Below are positions 51,000-63,768 of a DNA stretch of 64,000 nt, in pieces. Numbering within the stretch: position 1 is the first letter of the stretch; every line of letters starts with the position of its first letter. The notes below the pieces were generated by a model that ran no database searches, was not told the origin of the DNA, and saw only the letters and a list, made by a program, of their open reading frames with translations. The translations under genes were made by a program, and so were the position numbers. Origin of the DNA: Lama guanicoe (Eukaryota); assembly GCA_013239625.1 (NCBI GenBank), contig MU053881.1, positions 10,964,873 to 11,028,872 on the forward strand, given 5' to 3'.

Positions 51000-53900
51000 A
51001 CAATTACAGAGTGCTGACCTTTCCATCACTCCCACAAATATCAGCAGACCAAGTATAAAAAAACAAAACAAAACAATTTAAGACTTTCCAAACTCTCTTA
51101 CCCCAGGACACCTAATGTCACTACCTACACTACCAATGCGTTTGATATCATGCATTTACAATTACAAACAGTAAATGTCACCATCAAATGGTATTCACTT
51201 GGTTTTTTATATTATTTTATTTACATTATTTAACTTATTACTTCACTCCTTTATCCAATCTCATTACATATAAAGTCACTGTTACGAGTTCTATCCTATT
51301 CTTGAACGTCATATAAATGGAATGACACAGTATGTGTTATGTTGCTTCCTGCTTTTTGTAGTCGGCACGTTTTGAGGTTCACCAATATTGTATACATTAG
51401 TAGCCTGTTCCTTTTTAGCGCTGGGTGCATTCTATTGTACAGAAATACAGTAACTTGTTGGAGTTACATTTAGATTGTTTCTAGTATTTGGCTAGTCTGA
51501 ATAAGACTTCTAGCAATATTTTTTATATATCCTCTTATACACATAATTTTATACATTTTTTTTAAATTGAGTAAATTCTTAGAAGTGAACTTGAAGATAA
51601 TCAGAGAAATGGCTCTTCAAAGATGCCCGTGCCCTAATCCCTGGGAGACTGTGAATATGTTATCTTACACGGTGAAAGGGACTTTGCACATGTGATTAAA
51701 GGCAGGGTGTGAGAGAGAAGAGAGCTGTTCAGGCAAGGAGCTCCTGAAAACTGAAGAGCAGTTCCCTTGAACCTCATTGAATATAAAGATGCACATGTGC
51801 AAAGGGAGATGGGGAGATTATCCTGAATTATCTGATGAGCCCAACTAATCAACACGAATCCTTAAAAGTAGAGAACCATTCCTGGCTGCAGTCAGAGAGA
51901 GAAACATGACGACAGAAGTAGGGGCAGAGAAAAGTATCACCACTGCTTTGAAGACAGAGGAAAGGGGCCACGATCCAGCTGCCAGCAAAAGACACAACCA
52001 TGCTGACAAGCTGATTTGAGCCTGGGGGGACCCACATTGGATATTTGACCTACATACTAAGATAATAAATCTGGCTTGTTCTGAGCCACTAAACTCATGG
52101 TAATTTGTTACTCTAGCAATACAAACCTAATACAGTAACTTTATAAAAAAAAAAATTTAGACCAAAGGGATTGTATCATTTTACACACACCCAGCAATGT
52201 ATGAGATTTTTGTTGCTTTAGATTCCCATCAGCATTTAGTACGGTGAGCCTTTTAATTTTAGCCTTTCTAATGTGTATATAGTGGTTTCATATGGTGGTT
52301 TTAATTTTGTGTTTGCCTGATTACTAACGATGACAGGCAATTTTTTTCATATGCTTATTGGAAAATTTTTCATCTATTTACTGGCAAATTCCAAACTGGT
52401 CTTTGAAAATATCTATTCAAAGCTTCTGCCCATTTTTTACACTAACTGAGTTTTAAAAGTTGCTTGTATATAAATATTTTGATTATATGTGATACAAATG
52501 TGCTCTCTCAGAATGTGGCTTGCCTACCCATTTTCTTAGGTTTTCTTCTGATGAGCAGAAGTTTTACGTTTTCATGACATATATTTTAGCAAACTTTTAT
52601 GAATACTACTTTCTGGGGCTTGGGTAAGAAATTTATATGCCTATTTCAAGGTCACAAAGATATTCTCTTACACAAGTTTTTAGAGAAATCTATATAGAAA
52701 TACAGTTTTTAAACTTTTCATTTAGGACTATGATGCATCTTGGATTCATTTTAGTGTGTGGAATAAAGTAAGGATCAAAGTTTACTCTTATCTCTTTGCC
52801 CCTAAATATATAGCCAATTGTCCAAGCTCCTTTTGTTGAAAAACCTTCCTCACTGGATTACTTTGACCTCTTTGTTTAAAATAAATTGATATTAGAAGTG
52901 TAGATCTACTTCTGGGCTCTTAATTCTATTATATGATTTGTTTATCTTTATGCCATTACCACATTCTTGGTTACCATAGTTTGATAATACATCTTGAAAT
53001 AAAGAAGTGTAAGTTTTCCAACTTGAACTGAATCTTTCAATTTTTATATAAATTTAAGAATCAGTTTGTAAATTTCTACCAACAAACGCTCCTCTGGAAT
53101 TATTATTAAGATTATGTTGGATCTATAGATCAATTGGGGAAAAATGACATCTACCCAATATTTAGTACTCTTATCTATTTACATATTAAATCTTCTGATT
53201 AATTAAGGTATTCATTAATTTCCCTCAGCAATGTTAATTGTTTTCAATATGGTATCTTATACAACTTTCATCAGAGTCATTTCTAAGTATCTTATTCTTC
53301 ACACTTTTGTAAATGATACTTTTCACATGTTCTAGTTTTTCATTCTGTTCCTGTGTTTTTTTTCATTCTGTTCCTGTTATTATTCTATTTCTGTCATTTT
53401 TTTTCTATGTAACCAACATTTGAATAACTCCCAGTTCATGATATACTTTTTTTATTACATATATGTCTCCATATTTCCAGAGTCTATTTACTGGAATTTT
53501 GTTAAAGATTTTGTATCTCTGCTCATAAGGGATACTGACCTCTACTCTACTTGGTGCTTTCTTTGCTGGCTTTGCTAACTTATATACCACTCTTATGAAA
53601 TTACCTGAGATATATTCCATATTCTGCTTTATGACAGTCTTTGTGTAGGACTGGTATTTTTTTTTCTTAAATATTTAATGAAATTAACCAGGTAGGTCAT
53701 CTGAACCTGAAACTCTCCTAGTGAGAAGATTTATAATTACCAGTTCTATTTCTTTTTTCTTTTCTTTTTTTTTTTTTTTTTTGGTCTCCATTCTTCTATT
53801 GAGATTTCTTATTTGTAGCTTCATTACACTTATAATTTCTTTTAAATCCTTGAACATATTGGCAATAACTTTTTTAAAGTCCCCATCTGCTAATTCCATC

Positions 53901-54730
53901 ATTTCTATCATTTCTGGGTCTGTTTCTATTGGTTGATTTTTATGCTGGTTATGGATCACATTTTTCTTATTTTTGACTGAAAGATATCTTGCTGATAGCC
54001 AGGTTTTTACTATATTCCTTAATGGAGGAATTTGATTCTAGCAGGTTGTTAATTTACTTGAAGATAAGCTTGATACTTTCAAGACTTATTTTCAGATTCA
54101 TTAGAATGGATTTAGAGCAACCTTTACTCTAATGCTAAATTAGTGCCACTCCAAAGGCAGATCTTTTTTGAGGTCTCTACTGAATGTCCAGGGTGTTCAG
54201 TGAGCTTTCTCTATGTTAGCTGTTTAGAAGATAAATGTCTCCCAGCCTCCCAGTGTAAGCTCTGGCTGTTTTCAGCTCCCAGCTCCCTGGTAATTATCCC
54301 CTTCTCCATAATTCTTCTTTCATTGTTCTCTTCCAAGTCACGCAGTGTGTCCCGCTGAACATGTGCATCTTTGTATTCAGTGAAAGACTCAAGGGGATCC
54401 CCATGCAGACTTCAGAACTCTCTTCCCTGAACAGGTCTCTTCTCTCTGACACTGCAAATTCTAGTTGATTCCATCTCTTCAGCTTAGGAAGACCACTCTG
54501 GGCTTAATTTTAACTACCCTTTCCTCTTCCTTTCTATAGTCTGGAAAGTGATGCCTGGCAGAAAGCCAAGGCAATCATGGGGTTCATCTCTGTGTTTTAC
54601 CTCCTCTCAGATATCACATATACATGCTATCTGATATCTAATGTTTAAAAAGTTATTTCATTTTTGGTCCTATTTTATACTTTTATTTTTTAAAAGCAGG
54701 GGAGCTGATTTAATATCAGTTATTTTTCCA
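51000..54730 (-). mobile_element. Old internally deleted L1 (L1MC/MD/ME-like): 3'UTR, ORF2 remnants, ORF1 N-terminus and 5' region; interrupted by MLT1D
   Basis: ORF2 remnants KIFNKIPVNRL and IINLLTRRVSGSDDL (compare KILNKILANRI and VIKNLPTKKSPGPDGF). ORF1 remnant IETDPEMIEMMELADGDFKKVIANMFKDLKE. L1M 5' region at about 54000-54730. Confidence 0.8.
51592..52134 (+). mobile_element. MLT1D-like MaLR solo LTR inserted in the L1, carrying a 104-bp foreign insert
   Basis: CCTAATCCCTGG...TGTGAATATGTTATCTTACACGG...GAGATGGGGAGATTATCCTG...GCCACTAA...TGGTAATTTGTTAC...CTAATACA. Confidence 0.88.
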
Positions 54731-54770
54731 TAGCTGGAAGTGGAAGTTGATCTCCATTATTGCTTTTCAT

Positions 54771-55054
54771 TATTTTTTTTAATTGAAGTATAGTCAGTTT
54801 ACAGTGCTGTGTTAATTTCTTGTGTATAGCATAGGGATTCAGTTATACATATATATATATGTGTGTGTGTATTCCATTTCCTATTCTTTTTTATTATAGG
54901 TTATTACAAGATATTGAATATAGTTTCCTGTGCTATACAGTAGGACCTTGCTGTTTATCTATTTTATACATAGCAGTTAGTATCTGCAAATCCCAAACTC
55001 CCAATTTATCCTTCCACCCCCTGTCCCTACTGATAACCATAAGTTTGTTTTCTA
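54771..55054 (-). mobile_element. Younger cetartiodactyl-type L1 3'UTR
   Basis: Poly(T) then AATTGAAGTATAGTCAGTTTACA...CCTGTGCTATACAGTAGGACCTTG...TAACCATAAGTTTGTTTTCTA. Confidence 0.9.
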
Positions 55055-56529
55055 ATAAAAACAACCATCTTTTTATTCTCAAAACATTACATACACTGTA
55101 CAAAAATATCTATAAGGTAGTGATAAACTCCAATCTAGTATTTTTCTGCTTTGTCTATATAACAGTTGCATAGCTAATTAGACTTTTACTTGCAACTTTT
55201 CACTTGAGTGTACGACACTGTGGGCATACAGAATACATATTTGATATTCAGACTGTTTATAAACTTCTACTAAAATCAAAGAAAACATACCAGTCCCCTT
55301 TCTAGTATTTTGAGTGAAAACTATTCCTTTTGTAAGTTGAATTAAATTTGAGAGTGTGATTTTTTTTTCTTTTTCCCAGTCTCTGATCAATGCTGAGTTA
55401 CTGTCACCTGTAAGCAACTACAACGTATTCAACCACAGTTATACACTATGAGCTCACTGAGACGGGTTAGGGGGTAACAGTAATTCCATGGTGTTTCTTC
55501 ATGTTCACTTGAGAGCTTGTCACATTTCCATTTCTAACCACTCTGGCTGAGTAAGATTTAATTCAAAACATTTTTGCTCTTATTTTCTAAGCAAATTTAA
55601 GATTCTGTTTACTTATGTGTGCTCACTGGAGGTCATGCTGAAAAATGAGCCTCCGAGTATGCTGGGGAGACCATAAAATATGAAATGGTAATAGTTAAGC
55701 TTATAATCTATTATTCTCTTTACATGAAATAGTGCAAACCGGCACGTTCATTGAATTGAAGATTATAAACAACTTGCATAATGCTGAAAGAATGCTCTTT
55801 CAACTAAGAATTTATCACCAGAATGCTTGTTGTATGTAATGTTTGCTTTGGGATTAGACATAAGAATAAGCACAATATCATATTTAGATGATTCTTCATC
55901 TTAAAAGACATTTAAGATAATAGGTGGTTCATAAGAGGAGAAAATACATTTTATGTAGTTTCATAAGCTCTTTCTTGAATGTTAATATATTCATGAGTCT
56001 GAAAACAACTAGATACTATAAACTATTTATATTATGCCAGCACTTTTCCAAAGAAGTAATATCTTATTATATTGCTAGAAAACATACAATTTGATTAGTT
56101 TAGTATATTACTTTCCTTTTTTTTTTTTTAATCTTAGGGCGCCCTAGCATATGGCCTTTAAAGCTACTTACTCTTCATATATTTATGAACTGGTGTTTAA
56201 ATGATACCAGTTCTGCTTCTTAGTGCTACTACATTATACCCAGCTCTATTCGGTTTGCCCCAAGTCAGATATATATTTGTGGGAGTGTAAAGAAATGGGT
56301 ACATATCTCTAACTTTGATTAGCAATAGAAATATATATTTTGTAACCCCAAGGAGACAGGATAAATCAGAGATGTACTGACTTTCAGAGTCCTGTATATA
56401 ATATGATGGTTGGAAGCATAAGTTTCGATGTCTTAAAGATCTGAAGTATTTGTTTACAGCATTTATGCCCTATGTGATCATCAGTATATTACTTAAATTC
56501 TCTTGAGTCACAGTTCCCACCGAAGGTAG

Positions 56530-56660
56530 CCCATATAAACCCATGAGGGCAAGGATTTGGGCTTGTTTTATTCTATGTTCTCTTTATCTAAATGAGTGTC
56601 TGGTACACAAGTGACACTCAATCAGTATCAATTGAATGGATAAATAAAATAAATAAATAC
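56530..56660 (+). mobile_element. L2 3' terminus, flanked by MIR-like pieces
   Basis: CCATGAGGGCAAGGATTT...GTGTCTGGTACACAAGTGACACTCAAT...TTGAATGGATAAAT. Confidence 0.65.
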
Positions 56661-58146
56661 TGGTTTATACAAATGTTGAGAAAATAAACAGGATAATTAT
56701 ATGCAGTATATTCATTGTGAAGAATCCGCTACTGAGTGAACACTGCTAAATATGACATATACATAGTTGTCCTGACTTTCTGTCTGAATGAAGAGTTATT
56801 AGTATTTTTCACGCTTGTATGCAGCTTCCAATTTCCAAGATAAATGTTGATTTGGTGGGAAAAACCCAACATTACTGGATGCCATGCTGAGAAAAATCAC
56901 AGTTAATGGGCTTATTTTTTGCTTTTCAAGTTTGCATTTGGTATACTTAGAGGCACTATTTCACAAGGATATCACTACACTTTTAACTCTGGCCCCATGG
57001 CTATTTACTTCAATTGTCAGTTGAGGTTCACCAGGTACAGACAGCTCGGAATCACACTACCAGAATGGGTTACTAAATCAGACTTGTTAAAAATGTCAAA
57101 AAAAAGTACTAGTTGGTAATGCCTGAGTGCCACTCTAGAATAACACTGATACTGAGTTCACTCAGCTAACAAACTCAACTACATTTAGGGCAAGAGATAA
57201 ACATGTTCTAGAATGAAACTGCAGTTAGTATTCAACAAAGAGTTGATGAAACCGTTGACTGTTCGTGGGTCAGGAAACTCCTGTCTCCCTAGGGCAGAAG
57301 AGTTTAGAACCTCTTCCATTTTCATCTCTCTAGTTCTGAGTGTCTTCACTGGCCCCATCCAGGCAATGCCAGGGAGAAGGGAAGAGAAAAATGTAACACT
57401 TCTCTTCTCTAACAGAGAAGAATTCTTTATTACCAAATTGGAAGAAAGTCAGTCTTCAGACCAAAAGAATAAAGGACCTAGAAGAAAACTCCTGAGAGCT
57501 GGGCAATGGAGAAAAGTTTTCGAGAATGAAGTTTAGGTATGAAGCTTCTAGAGTAAGAGAGAAGTGGGTAAGGGAAGAAATGAGATTTCAATATGCTTTG
57601 CATACTGATGTAAATAAATATGCCCCAATATTTAGCTCTTTATGCTCTGAAATTTATAAAGGGGGTGCCTTCTTTTTAAGTCAAAACTTTTACTGTTATT
57701 TATTTATTTTCTTTAGTAACTTTGTCTTCAACAACTCATTTTTCAGTCTTTAATTATCTAGCCTGTTTGGGCTCTAAAAATCTCAACAACTAAACTGCCT
57801 GGAACCAAAAGTGTTGCCTCTTTTTCAATTCAAATGTTGCATTTTTTTCACTCTCACATTTAATTAGTGTTGGCTTCCGTTACTATGTTGTGTTTATCAA
57901 ATATGCCCCTTGTTGACAAGATGGGGAGAGTTTTCATATAAGCCTACCTTTCTGATGCAGAGAAGGACTTCCTGAGCCTAATCGAAAAAAAAAAAAAAAC
58001 CAAAAACAAAACCAATGTCCACAACTTTAAAGTTCCAGGATCATGCACTTATTCCCATGTTAAGCAAAATATTTTCTATCACAGCAAATTGGTTTTCTCT
58101 TATTTTGTTTCCTTTCATATCCTTTCACTTCATTTTTCCTTTTGTT

Positions 58147-58303
58147 AGTAGTTCTCACTTTAGTCGGTTTTAGAATTATCTGGAGGATTTGTTAAAATCC
58201 AGAGAAGCAGGCCCCACCCCCAGAGTTTCTGATTCAGTAAACATGGGCAGGACCTGAGAGTCTACATTTATAACAGATTCCCAGGTGATGTCGATGCTGT
58301 TGA
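58147..58303. mobile_element. MER5A MITE
   Basis: AGAATTATCTGGAGGATTTGTTAAAA...GGCCCCACCCCCAGAGTTTCTGATTCAGTA...TTCCCAGGTGATGTCGATGCTG. Confidence 0.88.
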
Positions 58304-59519
58304 GTGGACAGGATGATGTACATTAAACAAGGCTGAGGCTGACGCAGTCATTACTGAAGTCTCTCTCTATTGAGATACTAACCTCGATATCCAGGTTATC
58401 CAAGAAACTCTTGGAAAATTGGGACAGTTAAGGCTCTATAGGAAGAAATGACTATCTTCGTGATGTAAAATTAAAGTTAATCTTCATCCTTCCAGAAGAA
58501 TAAATCTCCCACTATATCCAATCAAAGGCTCAGGTAGTTCTCTTTAACCATCACCTCTGAAGGAGACACTACTTCTTTGAAATTAATTATGGGGCAAAAA
58601 AATAAAGATGTCCAGTTTAATATGTAGACTGATAATGGACCCATTAATCATACATTTCTTCAACACCTGTTTAAATCTAGTTACTGTTTCAGCCTCCATC
58701 TACCTCTGGAAATAAAATTTTCATCTATTCACTTTTCATTAGATGAAGCAGTGTTTCCTTTTATTTGTTCTAAGGCTATCCGGATCTATGTTGAAAGAGG
58801 AATTCTCATTTAACCCTAAAAACTATATTTTCATAGATATTGTTCTCAATTTATGTCTTCCATTAGCTAAGGAGACTCAGGGCAGTCTGGAAATACTGTT
58901 ATATGCCAGCATTTCACTGTATTCATATGAAGCCATAAAGCTGACTAGTTTGCATCTTTTATAATTGTAATCTATCACAATACCCTTACATTCCATTTTA
59001 TTCACCATATCAGTAGCAGTATTATTGCAGTAAACTGAAGAAGGTACAACTTGGTAGCTCACATTTGTATTTATGTAACTAGACTGCAAATATTTCCCTC
59101 AATTAAGCCTTTTCTCAGGCTTTGAAATAGAGAGCAAGACCGGAAGGTGGTGGGTGACGATTAGAATAAGACAACCCCAATAAAGAGAAAGCATTTCTGT
59201 TGTAGTTTAGAAGATTTTGTTATGCAGAATTGTCAGTAAAAATCAGTCCTTACATATTTTTACATTTCATGTTTCACTTAACTTCATTTCTGGGAGAATC
59301 ATGGAATCATATTAGAACATGAGAATCATATCTGAAAACCACAGTGCCCCAGTGTTACTTTCTATCTAAAAAATGCTTTATGGGGACCACTTTATGAAGC
59401 TCCTAAAAATCAGGTATGACTGGTATAAAATAAAGTGAGCAGCTTAGTGGTGACAAGACATAAAGTCAGCTATATAAAATCACCTGGGGGCGGGCAATAC
59501 AAATGATCTAAAGTGGAGT

Positions 59520-59903
59520 TTGAGGCAGGGGACATGAAGTCCTTTGAGCTGTCACCTCAAAAACACCTATGAAAGGTGGGGAGGCAGGACTGGGCAGAGG
59601 GAAAGTTATAAGGCATTAGGGTTGCAACACAGATCCCAGAAGGTCCCATGAGAGGCTCAGGAGCTGGGGTGGCCCTTCAGAATTGCCCTACCTGTGAGAA
59701 CAGAACCTCTGTAACTCTACCTTGATTAGTCATTGGACGCAGGCTGCCCTGTGTGACCTGGTAAGATAGCTCCCTTTAGAAGGGGACAAGTCTTCAGCCC
59801 TAGATAGTGGCTTAGCTGCAGCCAGCACTCCTAGCAGGAAGACAATTGAGCACACATCCCTGAAGTGAGGGATGAAGATGGTTCAGCACACAGTGTCCAC
59901 TTT
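59520..59903 (-). mobile_element. LTR16-family (ERVL) solo LTR
   Basis: GCAGGACTGGGCAGAGGGAAAGTT...GGAGCTGGGGTGGCCCTTCAGAATTG...AGTCATTGGACGCAGGCTGCCC...GTGTCCACT follows antisense LTR16. Confidence 0.82.
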
Positions 59904-59907
59904 AGGT

Positions 59908-60660
59908 CAGAGATTAGCAAATGATGGCCTATAGGTTTTTTTTGTTTGTTTTGTTTTTATTTTTATTTTTGCTTTTTGGTATGCTCCACAATCTAAGAAT
60001 AGTTTAACATTTTTAAATGGTTGGGAAGAAACCAAAATCATAACACTTAGATCCAATACTTTACAATATCTCACGTACTATTCTAACTCTTGGCCTCAGT
60101 ATGCTTATTTCATTTTAATACAACTCTGGTATTGTTACTCATTTTATAGACAAAGAAATTAAAGCTTCTAGATAGACTGAGGAAGAAATCAAAGACGACA
60201 CAGCCAGGGAGTGGTGCAGCTGGAATCCCAGCCCAGGGATCCTACTCCAGAGCCTGATCTTTTAGCCTGGTTCCACATACATCGCTTTCCATACAACACT
60301 GTGAGGGTAACATAAAAGTGCCAAAAGACGGATGCACAGAAGAGATTCTGCTGAGATCCCAGGAGGGAAGATCACTGTGTTTCAGAGAAGCAACGAGAAG
60401 CTTGTGGGAGAACGAGGTCACGTTCCTACTACGAAGATCAGTGACACTAACTTTAAACTACAACTAAGCCCAGTGTTATTCTTCTTATTAGCAAACTTGT
60501 GTTACAAAATTTAACACCCAATTGTCGTATTTTGGAATGTCATCATTACAAAAATTCGTGGAAATCTGACTACATACAAGCCTTGATTTTGCCTGTTGGC
60601 CCGCAAATCCAAAAATATTTCCTGTCTATTCCTTTTCACAAGAGCCTTGTCGATCCTTGT
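59908..60660 (+). mobile_element. MER58/Cheshire-like hAT ends (about 59908-60045 and 60570-60660) bracketing a MIR and unassigned DNA
   Basis: CAGAGATTAGCAAATGATGGCCTATAGG...CTAAGAATAGTTTAACATTTTTAAATGGTTG and GGCCCGCAAATCCAAAAATATTTCCTGTCT...TTGTCGATCCTTG. Confidence 0.6.
60055..60270 (-). mobile_element. MIR SINE
   Basis: CTCATTTTATAGACAAAGAAATTAAAGCT...ACACAGCCAGGGAGTGGTGCAGCTGGAAT...ACTCCAGAGCC. Confidence 0.7.
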
Positions 60661-61515
60661 TCCAGAATCAAGATCAGTTTTTGGTCATCTGAGTTCATCC
60701 TGCTCTAATGAAAAATCCTGCAAGCATCAGGCTCGAGTGCTCCAGTTTTGCAGACTGCTTGAGCTTCTGGTAAAAACAGCAGACATATCATACTTAAGGC
60801 GAACGGGTATCTTAAATTGACCAGAGCAGTTTTACAGTCACATACTACCAAGCACAAACACGAACCTGATATTTGTCTTCGGACTTACTGTTGAGAATGA
60901 AGTTGGGCATGGGATCCATGAGGCACGTCAGCTGCGTGAGACACTCTTGAAGCTTCCTCATAAGCAGAACATAACTTCAGCAACAATGGTTTAGAGATTT
61001 CACTAAAGCAGGACACAAAGCTCTCTATGCAGCATGAGCTCAAGTATATAGACATGCATATTTGCTATTTTGTATTTTCAAATTTGTTTTCCTTTCTTTT
61101 ATAATTAAAAGTTTCCCAAATTATGTATGTATATTTTTGTTTATTTGTTTACCTACATCCAGATTCATATTAAGGCGCAGCCGCTTATGCCCACAACCTT
61201 CAGTGTTATGATGAACATGTTGGAAATCTCTCACGTAGAATAGAACTGGATATTCTCTACTCCTCTACACCTGTAAGCGAAAAGCACACTGTACCTAAGA
61301 GGCTATCCAGACCAGTGGTCATCACAAAACCTCCACTGGCTTTCTAAGATATGGTCTTTGGAACTGTGCTAAAATTGATTCAATGAAAGACTCTTTCATG
61401 AATCCCCTGCAAGTCTTATCAAACACTCCTGTCATTTTAGGGGTCCTCTACTTCATTAATAAAGCATTACCTGATCTGTCCAAAATTACTGTAACTGCCT
61501 CTTTCTAAAATTAAT

Positions 61516-61596
61516 GAAAGAGAGAGAAGAAGGTGTGTAGGGGAGAGAGAGAGAGAGAGAAGGGGGAGAGACAGAGAGAGAGGGAGAGAGAGAGAC
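61516..61596. repeat. Imperfect (GA)n purine tract
   Basis: Directly visible. Confidence 0.9.
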
Positions 61597-63114
61597 ACTT
61601 TTTTATGCTTAGCACAGAAAATACTATAAAGTTGTCCCAAAGTGTTTACATTGAAGCATTCAGAATTATTTTACCGCCCCCTCAACCCCCGCCTTTCATA
61701 CTGGAGTACAAGAGAGGATCTCCTCTTTTAGAATACTTAAAATATATTTTGTCTTCTAGATTATAAAAGTTCCATTTTATTTGCTATACTTTAAGAAAGG
61801 GAGGATCAGATTTCCTCTGCAATAAATGCCAAGTCTTCCGAACAATTCACTATAATAGTGACATCTTGGTAGTTATGATTATTATAATCAGTATAATGCT
61901 ACTGGCAAATGTAAAATATATTTCCGAAATGCAGAGTTAAGCCTAACTTTCACATTATGATAGTACACTCTGAAGGAGACTGATATTGATAGTGAGAAAT
62001 AAACAGCCATTATCTTTTAGTTTCTTACTTGAACATAGTTTGGACATAATTGTAGTAATTTGAACATAATCTTCAAATCAGTAAGTAGGCTGTGTTAGAG
62101 CAAATCAAGTAAAAGAAATTTAATGGATTGCCATTTGCGTGCTAAGTGTTCACATTTATTTATCTGCTAAGATTAAGATTTTAATGTGTTTGATATATTA
62201 AAGACATGGTGATTTTCAAATTGCTCTCTTGCAAATATGCAAAAGTTATTACAACTCATACTGAAGTAAAGAACCACCAGTGATACCACTCTGACAGTCA
62301 GACACATTTGGCACCTTTCCCCAGTCACCTGTGTTATTTTATACTCTTCCCTCTGCTCTTTCTTTCTTTCTTCTTTTTTTTCACATTTAAGGGTGGATAT
62401 TATATTTCTTATCTTTCTACTTAATCTATTATTTATGTATATACAGAAAAATATCACCTCTCTGTGGCTTTCCAGCTTTTCCAAATAGCTCTCTTTTTTC
62501 CAATTCCTGTTCCCATAGTATCTTGTACATGCCTTCATCAAAAAACAGGAAAGCTGGAGATGTTATGTCATGATTTAAAATATAATTGTGTACATACATG
62601 TGAGTTTATATGCAATTGCATTACTCATTATGAATCATTTTCAAGGGGTCCTGTAGAAATGCATTAAAAAATAACAGAGATGAGGACTAGCAAGGTTAAA
62701 CAAGGGTATCTCTCTGATGGAGGTGAGGTTAAATGAACACACTGAATATATCAAAATACGTCACATAAGTAGTGTGAGTTTAAGAGTCGGCAGAATAAGA
62801 ATGAACTTGTGATCTCCTGTCATAAACCTTATACAGTTCATTCAATGAGAATAAAGTAGTTGCTTAGAAAACGAAAGGCTTTTCTTATACCTGAAACACA
62901 TTTTTCACTAAATAGTCATAAAGAGCAAAAGGAATAACATGGTGGACAGGGTCAAACAGTATCCCTGCATTCCAGCAGTCATAAGCACACCACTGTCTGT
63001 GCTGCCTGCAGTCCAGAGGGACAACCACCAGTGAGCCTAAGGGCTTAGGGAGTAGGATGAGAAAAGTGAACCTCAGGAATAGCATAGAAAGGAATGAAAG
63101 AAGGAAATGAACGG

Positions 63115-63320
63115 ATGTTCGATGAGTACCTGCTGCATGTCTGACACTGTGATGGTTATATTTTTATTATAGTAACTCATTTAGTGTTCACAAAAAACTA
63201 TATGATAACTGTTATTCTAGTTTTTAAATTAAGAAAACGAGAATCCAGAAAATTTAAAGAATTTGCTGGAGGTAATATAGAAAGCTAAGGGTCAGAGCTA
63301 AATTAAAACTTAGAAATGTA
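63115..63320 (-). mobile_element. MIR SINE
   Basis: TGAGTACCTGCTGCATGTCTGACACTGTG...CTCATTTAGTGTTCACAA...AAGAAAACGAGA. Confidence 0.6.
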
Positions 63321-63645
63321 GAGGTAAGTAATTTCATTATTTTCACCAGGGCCACCAATCTTCTAAAAACATCAGAAGGCAGATCCCACTAATTTCAAGA
63401 GTTTAATGAAAGAAATATATACAGTGGTGCAAGAAAAGCACTTAATCCAGAAACCCAGATACGTAAGTATCTGGTCTCCTAAGTGTAACTTGAATTAGGA
63501 TGTCTATGTGACTTCACCAATTTAACATCAAAAACAGAATATAGACAAGGTTTTGTTAATAAAGTAGAAATAGGTTAAAAAGTAGGAAAATAAAGAGTAT
63601 ATTTCCGAATTCGGTCTTACTGAGTGCTTCATTAATATAAACCTC

Positions 63646-63768
63646 CCTGTAATAACCTATAATAAAAATGTGAAAAAGAATATACTAATTAAAATACCGA
63701 ATCATTATGCTGTACATCAGAAACTAACACAACACTGTAAATCAACTATGCTCCAATAATATATATAT
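63646..63768 (+). mobile_element. Short L1 3' tail
   Basis: GTAATAACCTATAAT...GAATCATTATGCTGTACATCAGAAACTAACACAACACTGTAAATCAACTAT. Confidence 0.8.

Noticed and set aside
53405..53620. ORF with reverse-transcriptase-like words
   Set aside because: Decayed L1 ORF2 fragment, not an intact gene.
61377..61404. Near-perfect palindrome GATTCAATGAAAGACTCTTTCATGAATC
   Set aside because: Too short for a pre-miRNA, with no supporting context; plausible by chance or local fold-back mutation.
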